Assembly: GCA_963795505.1 (NCBI GenBank)
Contig: CAWCIB010000002.1
Coordinates: forward strand, 7,480 to 71,479
Origin: an uncultured Actinomycetes bacterium
Lineage (GTDB): Bacteria > Actinomycetota > Thermoleophilia > Solirubrobacterales > Solirubrobacteraceae
DNA: 64,000 nt
Direction of reading: 5' to 3'
This document shows positions 18,014 through 28,203 of this stretch, piece after piece; position 1 is the stretch's first letter, and every line of letters begins with the position of its first letter. The notes beneath the pieces were generated by a model that saw nothing but the letters and a program-made list of their open reading frames with translations, was not told the origin of the DNA and searched no databases. The translations under genes were made by a program, and so were the position numbers.

Positions 18014-19165
18014 GTGGGTACGCTCTCGCGGGTGGGCCGCTTTCGCCTGATCGCCTCGGTCGCGGGAATCACCGCGCTGTTCGCGCTTGCGCCGTCGCAG
18101 GCGCTGGCGGGGACCTACAGCTGGTCCCTGCCCGGAGATCCCGGGACGTTCAACGGGGCGAACCCCGAGCAGAAGTACGGCGCGCCGTCGTGGAGCTACG
18201 CCAGTGCGGGCCCGCTGTCGGGGCCCATGACGTTCTCAAGTAGCACCTGGTCCGATTCGGCCGGCGACTCGATCGCGAGCAACGGCAGCGCGATGACGCT
18301 GAGCGCCTCGCTGGCCCACACGGTCTCGGTCGTTTGGACGAGCCCGTTCAAGACCCCCCAGCCCGTGACGGTGACGAGCACGTTTTTGCCCAGCAGCGGC
18401 GAATGCAGCCTGAACGTCCCGACTTCCACCACGGTGGGGCCGGGCGGGACGCTTTCGCTCACCCTGAGCGCGGTCCCGCCTGCGCTAGGCGGCTGCATGG
18501 CCACCGGCTCGATCAGCATCTCGGCCACAACCCCATCGGTCACCTTAACCACGCCCGCCGGCGGCGAGGCGGTTCCCGGCGGCCAGCCGCTATTCGCCGG
18601 AGGGGCTAGCGCCGCCTTCGACGCCTCAAGCACAGTCACGATCCGGGTGTACTCGGGCTCTTCTGTTTCGGGCAGTCCGGTCGAGACGATCGCCGCGGCC
18701 AACAACAACGGCTCGTACGCGGGTGCCGGGTCGAGCTCGATTGCGCCGGGCACCTACACGGCCCAGGCGGAGCAGGACGACCCCATCGGGGTGCCCAATC
18801 TGAGCGCTCCGGTCACCTTCCAGGTTGTGCCCGGGCTACTCAAGATCGCATCCCCAATCTCGCTGAGCCGGTCGGGAGTCGCCTCGATCTCGATCGGGTG
18901 TGTCGCCCCGTCGGGCACGTGCGTCGGCACGGTGCTGGCGGTGACCAAGCGCAGCTTCGGTCCGACCCCCGGCGGCCCGACGGGACCGCTCCTGGTCCTG
19001 TTTGCGTACATGCACATCAACGCCGGCCAGACTCAGACGGTGACCACGGTCCTTCCTGGACCGGTCGCGCGCGTGTTGCGCCGCGCCAAGCATCCGGCGT
19101 TGCGCGTCACGACCGCGTTCGGCAGCACGGGAGCGACCTCCGCCTCCCGCAGGCTCAAGTACTAG
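18014..19165 (+). CDS. Secreted protein with bacterial Ig-like domain
   Basis: Signal peptide ...ALFALAPSQALA; VTLTTP...PGTYTAQAEQDD..G.NLSAPVTF Ig-like segment. Confidence 0.7.
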   Translation: MGTLSRVGRFRLIASVAGITALFALAPSQALAGTYSWSLPGDPGTFNGANPEQKYGAPSWSYASAGPLSGPMTFSSSTWSDSAGDSIASNGSAMTLSASLAHTVSVVWTSPFKTPQPVTVTSTFLPSSGECSLNVPTSTTVGPGGTLSLTLSAVPPALGGCMATGSISISATTPSVTLTTPAGGEAVPGGQPLFAGGASAAFDASSTVTIRVYSGSSVSGSPVETIAAANNNGSYAGAGSSSIAPGTYTAQAEQDDPIGVPNLSAPVTFQVVPGLLKIASPISLSRSGVASISIGCVAPSGTCVGTVLAVTKRSFGPTPGGPTGPLLVLFAYMHINAGQTQTVTTVLPGPVARVLRRAKHPALRVTTAFGSTGATSASRRLKY

Positions 19166-19167
19166 CC

Positions 19168-20463
19168 GTGATCGCGCGCTACACGCGTCCCGAGCTCGGC
19201 CAGATCTGGTCTGACTACGCGCGCTTTGACGCGATGCGCGCGGTCGAGGTCGCCGCATGCGAGGAGATGGACGGCCCGACCGGAGAGGAACTCGATGCGA
19301 TCCGCCACGCGACGTTCACGGTCGAGGCGATCGCGGAGCGAGAGCGCGTCACCGACCACGACGTGGCGGCGTTCGTCGATGTGCTTGCCGGCTCGGCTGG
19401 GCCGGCAGGGAGATGGATCCACTACGGATTGACCTCGAGTGATGTGCTCGACACCGGCCTCGCGCTCCAGCTTCGGCGGGTGGCCGAGGTCGTGCTGCCC
19501 GACGCGCGCCGGCTGGTCGAGGCGCTCGCCGCCAAGGCGCGCGAGCACGTTCACACGCTGTGCGTCGGGCGGACGCATGGGATCCACGCCGAGCCGACTA
19601 CGTTTGGGATCAAGCTGGCGGGGTTTGCATTCGAGGCCGACCGGAACGCGAGCCGGCTCGAGCGAGCCTTCGAGCAGGTGACGGTCGGCGCGATCTCGGG
19701 CGCAGTCGGGACGTACGCGGCGACTTCGCCCGCTTTTGAGCAGCGAGTGCTGGCGCGGCTCGGGCTCGAGCCGGAGCCGGTCTCGACCCAGGTCGTGGCG
19801 CGCGACCGCCACGCCGAACTGCTCGAGGCGATCGCCCTCGCGGGCGCCGGCCTCGAGCGCTTCGCGACCGAGCTTCGCCATCTCGCCCGGACCGAGGTGG
19901 CCGAGGTCCGGGAGCCCTTCGGGGAGGGTCAGAAAGGCTCGAGCGCGATGCCCCACAAGCGCAACCCGATCAAGTCCGAACAGATCGCCGGGCTCGCGCG
20001 CGTACTGCGCGGCAATGCGCAGGCCGCGCTCGAGAACGTCGCGCTGTGGCACGAGCGCGACATCTCGCACTCATCCGTGGAGCGCGTGATCCTGCCCGAC
20101 TCGACGATCCTGCTCGATCACATGCAGCGCCGCGCGCTCGGGCTCGTGGAGCGAATGGTCGTTGATGCCGACCGAATGCGAGAGAACCTCGAGCTGACCT
20201 ACGGCGCATTGTTCTCACAGCGCGTCCTGCTCGCACTCGTCGAACGGGGCCACAGCCGCGACGAGGCATATCGGATCGTCCAGAGTCTGGCCCAGCGCGC
20301 GCTCGATGAGCGCATCCCGCTTCGCGAGCTGCTGGCAGCCGACGAGGCGGGTGCGGATCTCGACCTCGATCGGGTCTTCGATTACGAGCCCTACGTCCGC
20401 TACGCCGATGAGATTGTCGGTCGGCTCGACGCGATCGCTCCCCACGGTGCGCTAGTCGATTAG
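19168..20463 (+). CDS. purB: Adenylosuccinate lyase
   Basis: MIARYTRPE, IHYGLTSSD, GRTHGIHAEPTTFG, GSSAMPHKRNP, LWHERDISHSS. Confidence 0.97.
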   Translation: MIARYTRPELGQIWSDYARFDAMRAVEVAACEEMDGPTGEELDAIRHATFTVEAIAERERVTDHDVAAFVDVLAGSAGPAGRWIHYGLTSSDVLDTGLALQLRRVAEVVLPDARRLVEALAAKAREHVHTLCVGRTHGIHAEPTTFGIKLAGFAFEADRNASRLERAFEQVTVGAISGAVGTYAATSPAFEQRVLARLGLEPEPVSTQVVARDRHAELLEAIALAGAGLERFATELRHLARTEVAEVREPFGEGQKGSSAMPHKRNPIKSEQIAGLARVLRGNAQAALENVALWHERDISHSSVERVILPDSTILLDHMQRRALGLVERMVVDADRMRENLELTYGALFSQRVLLALVERGHSRDEAYRIVQSLAQRALDERIPLRELLAADEAGADLDLDRVFDYEPYVRYADEIVGRLDAIAPHGALVD

Positions 20464-21243
20464 CTTCAGCTGCGTCCGCCAGACGGCGAGCCTCCAGGCC
20501 AGCAACCCGAACGCCGCGAGCACCGCCAGGTGCAGCAAGTCGACCGTCCGCAGTCCGAATGCGGTGTGGCGCACCAACTCGACGCAGTGGTAGAGAGGAT
20601 TGACTTGGGCCAGGTCCCGCGCCCAGTGCGGTAGGCGGCTGAGCGGGAAGAAGGTCCCGGCAACCAGGAACATCGGCGTCACGACTGCGCTGATCAGGTA
20701 GCCGAAGGTGTCGAACGTCTCGACCAGAGCGCCGAACAGCATCCCCAGCGCAGCGAACCCGATCCCGGTCAGGGCGCCGATCAGCGGGACGAGCAGCATC
20801 GCCGGCGTGGGCGGAAGGCCGAACGCGAATGCGACCAGCAGCGGCGCCGACCCATACACGCCCGCGCGCACTCCGATGAACAGCACCTCGGCGGTCACGA
20901 TCTCCTCGACGTCAACGGGCGTTGCCAGCATCGCGTCGTAGACGCGCTGATAGCGGCGCTTGTAGAGCGAGTCGAACATGCCGGCAAAGATCGCGCTGAA
21001 CAGGACCGCAGTCGCGACCGTGCCGGTCCCGACGAACTGCACATAGGGGATGTGCCCGATCTTCGAGACCAGCCGTCCGAAGCCGAGGCCGAACGCGAGC
21101 AGGTAGATCGTCGGCTCGACGACAGCCGCGAACGTGCGGTTGCGCCAGAAGCGCAGGAACACGATCCATTCGCGCAGCAGGACTCCCGCCAGCGCACCCG
21201 GCTCGAGCCGCGCTGGCCGCAGCGTTTGGCCGTGGGCGCTCAC
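20452..21243 (-). CDS. ABC-2 type permease (NodJ-like)
   Basis: YLLAFGLGFG, YDAMLATP, PMFLVAGTFFPL, NPLYHCVEL; GTG start overlaps the ATPase stop. Confidence 0.9.
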   Translation of the reverse strand: MSAHGQTLRPARLEPGALAGVLLREWIVFLRFWRNRTFAAVVEPTIYLLAFGLGFGRLVSKIGHIPYVQFVGTGTVATAVLFSAIFAGMFDSLYKRRYQRVYDAMLATPVDVEEIVTAEVLFIGVRAGVYGSAPLLVAFAFGLPPTPAMLLVPLIGALTGIGFAALGMLFGALVETFDTFGYLISAVVTPMFLVAGTFFPLSRLPHWARDLAQVNPLYHCVELVRHTAFGLRTVDLLHLAVLAAFGLLAWRLAVWRTQLKLID

Positions 21244-22193
21244 CTGGCCTCCTCGCCGGTTAGAAGGACGAACACGTCCTCGAGCGTCGCGGCGCGCCGC
21301 TCTCCGGCCGGCAGCTCCGCCTCCAGCCGATCGGCATGCAGGTAGGCCAGCGCGGGCCCGCTCGAGCGCACGACGAGGCCACGCTCCTGCGCGTCTGCGC
21401 GGAGCGCTTCCAGCTCCTGGTCGTCGCGATGGGAGACCTCGTGCACTTCCCGGCCGGCGTGCTCTCGTATCAGCTGGATGGGTGATCCTTCGGCCACCAC
21501 GCGCCCCGCGGCCATGATCGCGACGCGGTCGGCGAGCCGTTGTGCTTCTTCGATGTAGTGGGTCGACATCAGCACCGTCGCCCCGCCGCGGCGCAGGCGC
21601 AGGATCAGCGACCAGATCTCCTGGCGGACCTGGGGATCCAGGCCTACCGTCGGCTCGTCGAGCAGCACCAGCTCGGGCTGATGGACGAGGCCCCGCGCGA
21701 TCAGCAGGCGCCGCTGCATGCCGCCGGACAGCGTCCCGACCCGATCCCCGGAGCGGTCGCGCAGCCCAGCGAGTTCGAGCGCGCCGCTCACCGCGGCCTC
21801 CCGCCGCGCATGCGGCACCCGGCATAGGGCCGCGAACACGCGTAGGGCTTGGGAGACGGTCAGCTCGATGTCGAGGTTGCTCTCCTGGGGCACCACGCCG
21901 ACCCGGGCGCGGGCCAGCTTCGACTGCGCGGGAATGGCGTAGTCGAGCACCCTCAGCTCGCCTGCGTCGGGCAGCGCCTGGCCGGTGAGCATCCGCATCG
22001 TGGTCGACTTGCCCGCTCCGTTCGGTCCGAGCAGGCCAAAACACGCCCCGCGCGGGATCTCGAGATCGAGGCCGTCGACCGCGGCGATCGGGCCGAAGTG
22101 CTTGACCACGCCGCGCAACGAGACGGCGGACGGGATTTGTGAGGGGACTGCGAACGACAACTGCGACCTCCGGGGAGAAGCGGACAAGCTCAC
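21240..22193 (-). CDS. ABC transporter ATP-binding protein (NodI-like)
   Basis: [40 protein letters not shown]. Confidence 0.95.
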   Translation of the reverse strand: MSLSASPRRSQLSFAVPSQIPSAVSLRGVVKHFGPIAAVDGLDLEIPRGACFGLLGPNGAGKSTTMRMLTGQALPDAGELRVLDYAIPAQSKLARARVGVVPQESNLDIELTVSQALRVFAALCRVPHARREAAVSGALELAGLRDRSGDRVGTLSGGMQRRLLIARGLVHQPELVLLDEPTVGLDPQVRQEIWSLILRLRRGGATVLMSTHYIEEAQRLADRVAIMAAGRVVAEGSPIQLIREHAGREVHEVSHRDDQELEALRADAQERGLVVRSSGPALAYLHADRLEAELPAGERRAATLEDVFVLLTGEEAR

Positions 22194-22253
22194 CGGCGTT
22201 GCCGGCGGCTAGGACGAGTGGCGACTTACACCCAGGCGGTCATTCCAAGCTTG

Positions 22254-22282
22254 ACTGTAGCCGCGCTCCTTCGCTGCATCAA
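22254..22282 (-). promoter_or_regulatory. Putative sigma70-type promoter for the ABC pair
   Basis: Minus strand TTGATG-17 nt-TACAGT. Confidence 0.5.
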
Positions 22283-22315
22283 GTCCCGTCAGCCCCGCTC
22301 GCTAGGATCGGCCTC

Positions 22316-23194
22316 GTGACCGCCCTAGCCGATCTTCAGCTCCTTGCCTCCGGCAAGGTGCGAGAGATCTATGACCTGGACGACGAGCTTCTGATAGTCG
22401 CTTCGGATCGTGTCTCGACCTATGACGTCGTCCATCCGACGCCCGTTCCAGACAAAGGCAAGGTGCTGACGGGCGTGTCTGCGTTCTGGTTCGAGCGCAC
22501 CGCCGAGATCGTCCCCAACCACGTCATCTCGCTGACAGACGGCGTGCCGGCTGAGGCACGCGGGCGGGCGATGGTCGTCCGCAAGCTCGAGATGCTGCCT
22601 GTCGAGGCCGTCGTGCGGGGCTACCTGAGCGGCTCCGGGTGGAAGGACTATCAGCAGACCGGCACGGTCTGCGGGGTCGGGCTGCCTAGCGGCCTGCGTG
22701 AGTCCGACCGGCTGCCCGAGCCGATCTTCACGCCCGCGACCAAGGCCCAGGAGGGCCATGACGAGAACATCGACTTCGATGGCGCGGCCGACCTTATCGG
22801 GGATCGCGCGCTGGCCGAACGCGTGCGCGTGGTATCGCTGGCCGTGTACGAAGCAGCCGCTGAGCACGCTCGTGAGCGAGGGATCATCCTGGCCGACACC
22901 AAGTTCGAGTTCGGCCTTGACGGAGATGGCACGCTGACGCTCGCCGACGAGGTCTGCACGCCTGACTCGTCGCGCTTCTGGCCGGCAGATGAATACGAGC
23001 CCGGACGCTCGCAGCCGAGCTTCGACAAGCAATTCGTCCGCGATTGGGCGTCGTCGACCGGCTGGGACCGCACTCCCCCGGCCCCGGCTATCCCGGCCGA
23101 AATAGTTACGCGCACGCGCGAGAAGTACCTGGAGGCATACGAGCGGATCACGGGCGAGCCGCTCGAGGCGTGGGTGCGCCGCACGGCGGCCTGA
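22316..23194 (+). CDS. purC: SAICAR synthase
   Basis: [49 protein letters not shown]. Confidence 0.97.
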   Translation: MTALADLQLLASGKVREIYDLDDELLIVASDRVSTYDVVHPTPVPDKGKVLTGVSAFWFERTAEIVPNHVISLTDGVPAEARGRAMVVRKLEMLPVEAVVRGYLSGSGWKDYQQTGTVCGVGLPSGLRESDRLPEPIFTPATKAQEGHDENIDFDGAADLIGDRALAERVRVVSLAVYEAAAEHARERGIILADTKFEFGLDGDGTLTLADEVCTPDSSRFWPADEYEPGRSQPSFDKQFVRDWASSTGWDRTPPAPAIPAEIVTRTREKYLEAYERITGEPLEAWVRRTAA

Positions 23195-23412
23195 TGCGGG
23201 CACGGGTCCTGATCAGGCCCAAGGCGGGAATCCTCGATCCGCAGGGCCAGGTGGTCGAACGCGCGCTGCCGGCGCTCGGCTTTGAGGGCGTGAGCGATGT
23301 GCGGGTGGGGCGTCTGGTGGAGCTGGAGGTCGATGATCCGGCCCAGCTGCCAGAGATGTGCGAGCGCCTGCTCGCCAATCCGCTGATCGAGGACTACGAG
23401 ATCGAATCATGA
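23194..23412 (+). CDS. purS: FGAM synthase subunit PurS
   Basis: LDPQG...VRVGRLVELE...MCERLLANPLIEDY. Confidence 0.95.
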   Translation: MRARVLIRPKAGILDPQGQVVERALPALGFEGVSDVRVGRLVELEVDDPAQLPEMCERLLANPLIEDYEIES

Positions 23413-24056
23413 AGTTCGGTGTGGTCCAGTTCCCGGGCTCGTGCGATGACGCGGACGCGCTGGGCGCGTGCGCGAGCGTCGGCGAGGCCGTGACCCTGTG
23501 GCACGCCGATCGCGATCTTCAGGGAGTCGACGCGGTGGTGGTGCCGGGCGGCTTCTCTTACGGTGACTATTTGCGCGCCGGCGCGATCGCTCGATTCGCG
23601 CCGATCATGGACGAGGTCGCCGAGTTCGCCCGCTCCGGGGGGCTCGTGCTGGGGATATGCAACGGCTTCCAGGTGCTGTGCGAGGCCGGGCTACTGCCCG
23701 GTGCGCTGCTGCCGAACACCTCATTGAAGTTCGTATGCCGCCAAGTTCAGCTGGATGTCGTTGACCGCCAGACAGCATTCACGCGCGCGTGTGAAGCTTC
23801 GCTCTCGATTCCGGTCAAGCACACGACGGGGCGCTACTACTCCCCCGAGCCGGTCGACGTGCTGCTGCGTTACGCGCCCGGTCACAACCCGAACGGCTCG
23901 CAGGACGACATCGCCGGGGTGCGCAACGAGGCCGGAAACGTCTTTGGGCTGATGCCGCATCCCGAGCACGCGGTCGATCCGCTGACCGGCTCGAACGACG
24001 GGCTGGGGATCTTTGAGTCAATCCGGGTGGAGATCGATGAGCGCGTTGTCGTCTGA
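23409..24056 (+). CDS. purQ: FGAM synthase glutaminase subunit PurQ
   Basis: FPGS.D, PGGFSYGDYLRAGA, GICNGFQ, NPNGS, GLMPHPE. Confidence 0.95.
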   Translation: MKFGVVQFPGSCDDADALGACASVGEAVTLWHADRDLQGVDAVVVPGGFSYGDYLRAGAIARFAPIMDEVAEFARSGGLVLGICNGFQVLCEAGLLPGALLPNTSLKFVCRQVQLDVVDRQTAFTRACEASLSIPVKHTTGRYYSPEPVDVLLRYAPGHNPNGSQDDIAGVRNEAGNVFGLMPHPEHAVDPLTGSNDGLGIFESIRVEIDERVVV

Positions 24057-26152
24057 GGTGGGGGAGCGGCACCGTGCGCTCGGGCTCACCGACGACGAGT
24101 ACGAGCTGATCCTCTCCTCGCTCGGTCGCGAGCCGAACGACGTCGAGCTGGCGATGCTGTCGTTGATGTGGTCCGAACACTGCGCGTACAAGCATTCCCG
24201 GCCGCTGCTCAAGAGACTCCCGACGGAGGGTCCACACGTGCTGCTCGGCCCGGGCGAGAACTCGGGCGCGGTCGACGTCGGCGGCGGACTGGCGGTCGCG
24301 TTCAAGGTCGAGTCGCACAACCATCCGAGCGCAGTCGAGCCGTTCGAGGGCGCAGCGACGGGGGTCGGCGGAATCCTGCGTGACATCTTCGCGGTCGGCG
24401 CGCGGCCGATCGCGGTGCTCGACTCGTTGCGCTTCGGCGAGCTGAGCTCGGAGCGCTCGCGCTATCTGCTCGAGCGCGCGGTCGCCGGCATTGGCCACTA
24501 CGGGAACTCGATCGGGGTGCCGACGGTGGGCGGCGAGGTCTACTTCGAGCGCAGCTACGAGCAGAACTGCCTGATCAACGCGATGTGCCTCGGGCTCGCG
24601 CCGCACGAGCGGCTGATCCGCTCCGCGGCCGCGGGGGTGGGAAACAAGGTGGTCTTGTTGGGCGCGCTGACCGGCCGCGACGGCATCGGCGGGGCGTCGG
24701 TTCTCGCGAGCGCAGAGCTCGGCGAGGGCGACGCCGACAAGCGCCCTTCGGTCCAGATCGGCGACCCGTTCGCTGAGAAGAAGCTGATGGAGTGCTGCCT
24801 GGAGCTGCTCGACCGTGGCCTGCTTGTCTCGCTCCAAGACCTCGGCGCAGCCGGCCTGACGTCGTCGGTCAGCGAAATGGCGAGCAAGGGCGATGTCGGC
24901 ATAGACATAGACGTGTCGCGCGTCCCGCTGCGCGAGCAGCGGATGGAGCCCTTCGAGATCATGGTCTCCGAATCGCAAGAGCGGATGCTGTGCGTGGTCG
25001 AGCCCGCCCGGCTGGACGACGTGGTTGCGGTCTGCGAGCGCTGGGAGACCGGATCCGCGGTGATCGGCGAAGTGACGGACTCGGGCCACGTGCGGGTGTT
25101 AGAGGAGGGCGACGTTGTCGGCGACCTTCCCGTCGAAGTGCTGGTTGATGCGTGTCCAACCTACGAACTAGACGTTGGCCAGCGTCCGCCGCCCGTCGAC
25201 GAGAACTGCGCTCCGCGCGGATCGTCTCCGGACGGGGGACGCAGGCGAAGTCTTACTAGCTCTTCTTGGCTCGCCCAACCTGTGCTCCCGCGAGCCCCTC
25301 TATGAGCAGTACGACTGCATCGTCCAGTCAAGGACTGTCAGACGTCCTGACGAGGCCGACGCCGCCGTGCTCCAGCTGCCCGACGGATCGGCCATCGCCG
25401 TCTCGATCGATGGCAACGGCAGACGCGTTGCGTGTGACCCGCGAGCGGGCGCTGCCGAGGCGGTCTACGAGTGCGCCGCCAATCTCGCCTGCGTCGGTGC
25501 CGAGCCCCTTGGCGTGACGAACTGTCTGAACTTCGGTAATCCTGAGCGGCCCGAGATCGCGTGGCAGCTCACGGAAGCAGTCGAGGGCATAGCCGAGGCG
25601 TGCGAAGCGCTCGGCGTCCCGATCGTTGGCGGCAACGTTTCGCTCTACAACAACCAGATCGACCCGACGCCGGTGATCGGCATGGTCGGCAAGCTCCCCG
25701 ACGCCTCACGAGCCGGCCGGCTCGGATTCGCGGACGAAGGCGACCTGATCGCGCTGGTGGGCGAGTTCGAGCCTTCGTTGAACGGGTCTCAGCTGACAGA
25801 CGACGTCGGTCCCCTGCCGCCCGCAGACGCAACGGCCGTCCGTGATGCGCAAGACGCAGTCCGGGAAGGGATTCGTTCTGGGGCGCTCAAAAATGCACAC
25901 GACGTCTCCGAGGGAGGTCTGGCTGTGGCACTGGCCGATTGCTGCCTGGCCGGGGGAATCGGAGCATCCGTTGAGTGGGCCGGGGAGCTCTTCGGTGAGG
26001 CGCCCGGGCGGGCGTTCGTCGTTTCGGGTCAGGATCCCCCGGGCCAGATCATCGGCCGCGTCGGCGGCGATACGCTCGAGATTGCCGGCCAGCTGAAGCT
26101 CCCACTTTCCGGGCTGCGTTCCGCCCACGACCAGGGCCTTCGCTACGCTTGA
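24037..26152 (+). CDS. purL: FGAM synthase subunit PurL, interrupted by a 1-nt frameshift in the G5 run 25234-25238
   Basis: WSEHCAYKHS, KVESHNHPS, GRDGIGGAS, QDLGAAG, SESQERM in frame 1; YEQYD, NCLNFGNPE, GGNVSLYN, HDVSEGGL in frame 2; deleting one G gives about 704 aa. Confidence 0.92.
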
Positions 26153-26169
26153 AGCGCAGGGGTCCGGTC

Positions 26170-27606
26170 ATGTCTCTCGCCTCCGATCATCGCGATGGGC
26201 CACGCGACGAGTGCGGCGTCTTCGGGATTTACGCTCCCGGGCGCGACGTCGCCCGACTCGCGTACTTTGCGCTATACGCGCTCCAGCACCGCGGGCAGGA
26301 ATCGGCCGGAATAGCCACGTCGGCGAGCGACGGGAACATCATGGCGATCCGCGATCAGGGGCTGGTCGCGCAGGTCTTCGACGAGCACACGCTGAGCTCG
26401 CTGCTGGGCGAGAAGGCGATCGGCCACGTCCGCTACTCGACGACCGGCTCCTCACAGTGGGAGAACGCACAGCCAGTGGTGCGCGACGATTCGCGCACGC
26501 TCGCGCTCGCGCACAACGGCAACCTCATCAACGCGGTTGACCTCTACGGCGAGCTGCATGGCCAGGGCGTCCCGTTCGGCTCGACGTCGGACTCGGAGAT
26601 CATCGCGGCGTTGCTCGCGCGCCACGAGGCCGACTCGATCGAGGACGCCGTTGCCCAAGTCGTCCCACGGCTGAAAGGCGCGTTCTCGACCGTGGTCATG
26701 ACCGAGGAGGCGGTGGTCGCATTCCGCGATCCGCACGGCCTGCGTCCGCTCGCGCTCGGCGAGCTCAATGGCTCGTACTGCGTGGCGAGCGAGTCGTGCG
26801 CATTTGACCTGATCGGCGCGCGCTTCCTGCGCGAGGTTCAGCCGGGCGAGGTCATCACGCTCACCGACGGAGGCTTTCGCACGCGGATTGTCGGCGAGCC
26901 GCAGCGACACGCGATGTGCGTGTTCGAGTACATCTACTTCGCGCGGCCCGATTCGCGCATGGGCGGAACCGTGCTGCAGGTCGCTCGCGCCCGCATGGGG
27001 GAGATCCTGTGGCGCGAGGCTCCTGTTGAGGCCGACCTCGTGATCCCCGTTCCGGACTCGGGTAACGCGGCCGCCCGCGGGCTCGCCCGCGCCGCCGAGC
27101 TGCCCCAGGACGACGGCTTCATCAAGAACCGCTACGTCGCTAGGACCTTCATCCAGCCCGGCCAGGAGCTCCGTAAGCACGGGCTGCGAATGAAGTTCAA
27201 CCCGCTCCCCGAGGTCGTGGCGGGCGAGCGGCTCGTCGTCGTCGACGACTCGATCGTGCGCGGCAACACCACCCGGCAGATCGTCCAGATGCTGCGCGAG
27301 GCCGGCGCCGCCGAAATCCACCTGCGGATCTCGGCCCCGCCGATCAAGCATCCCTGCCACTACGGCATCGACATGTCCACGCGCGAGGAGATGATCGCCC
27401 ACGGACGCACCGTGGATGAGGTCGCCGCCGAGCTGGGCGCCGACTCACTCCATTACTTGTCACTGGGCGGCGTGTATGAGGCGATCGGGGCACCGCGCGA
27501 GATCCACTGCGACGCGTGCTTCAGCGGCGAGTACCCGCTGCCCGGAACCGAGCAGGCGAACGGCAAGCACGCGCTCGAGGCCGCGCTGCCGTTGGTGCGT
27601 GCCTAG
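26170..27606 (+). CDS. purF: Amidophosphoribosyltransferase
   Basis: ECGVFG, LQHRGQESAG, GHVRYST, VVVDDSIVRGNT. Confidence 0.97.
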   Translation: MSLASDHRDGPRDECGVFGIYAPGRDVARLAYFALYALQHRGQESAGIATSASDGNIMAIRDQGLVAQVFDEHTLSSLLGEKAIGHVRYSTTGSSQWENAQPVVRDDSRTLALAHNGNLINAVDLYGELHGQGVPFGSTSDSEIIAALLARHEADSIEDAVAQVVPRLKGAFSTVVMTEEAVVAFRDPHGLRPLALGELNGSYCVASESCAFDLIGARFLREVQPGEVITLTDGGFRTRIVGEPQRHAMCVFEYIYFARPDSRMGGTVLQVARARMGEILWREAPVEADLVIPVPDSGNAAARGLARAAELPQDDGFIKNRYVARTFIQPGQELRKHGLRMKFNPLPEVVAGERLVVVDDSIVRGNTTRQIVQMLREAGAAEIHLRISAPPIKHPCHYGIDMSTREEMIAHGRTVDEVAAELGADSLHYLSLGGVYEAIGAPREIHCDACFSGEYPLPGTEQANGKHALEAALPLVRA

Positions 27607-27621
27607 CGCCGCTGACGCTCG

Positions 27622-28203
27622 ATGAAGGTCGGCGTCCTGGCCTCCGGGGAGGGGACCAATCTCCAGGCGCTGCTCGACGACGGACAGATCGACGTCGTGG
27701 CGGTGGCATCGGACAAGCCGCGCGCTCGCGCGCTCGAGCGAGCGCGCGCGGCGGGGGTGGATGCGCAGGCGTTTGAGGGGCCGCGCGCCGAGCGTGACCG
27801 CGCGATCGCCGCCTGGCTCCACGAGCAGGGGGTCGAGCTGGTCGTGCTGGCCGGCTACATGCAGCTGCTGAGCGACGAGTTCCTGGCCGCGTTCCCGCAG
27901 CGCGTGATCAACGTCCACCCGGCGCTGCTACCGGCGTTTCCCGGGCTGAACGCAGTCGAGCAGGCGCTCGACTATGGCGTGAAGGTGTTCGGCGTCACCG
28001 TCCATTTCGTCGACGGAGGCGTCGACACCGGACCGGTGATCCTGCAACGCGCGATCGAGCTCCGGGACGTGAGATCGGCGAACGAAGTGCTCGAGCGCCT
28101 ACATCCGATCGAGCACGAGCTGCTCCCCGAGGCCGTCAAGCTGATCGGCTCCGGCGCTGTGCGGGTCGAGGGTCGGCGGGTCGTTGTAGAGTCGGGCTCG
28201 TGA
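27622..28203 (+). CDS. purN: Phosphoribosylglycinamide formyltransferase
   Basis: VLASGEGTNLQA, LAGYM, INVHPALLPAFPG, GVTVHFVDGGVDTGP. Confidence 0.97.
   Translation: MKVGVLASGEGTNLQALLDDGQIDVVAVASDKPRARALERARAAGVDAQAFEGPRAERDRAIAAWLHEQGVELVVLAGYMQLLSDEFLAAFPQRVINVHPALLPAFPGLNAVEQALDYGVKVFGVTVHFVDGGVDTGPVILQRAIELRDVRSANEVLERLHPIEHELLPEAVKLIGSGAVRVEGRRVVVESGS

Noticed and set aside
22200-22315. ZTP or purine riboswitch upstream of purC
   Set aside because: Only a short CGCCTGGG match on the wrong strand; the other conserved elements are not recognisable.
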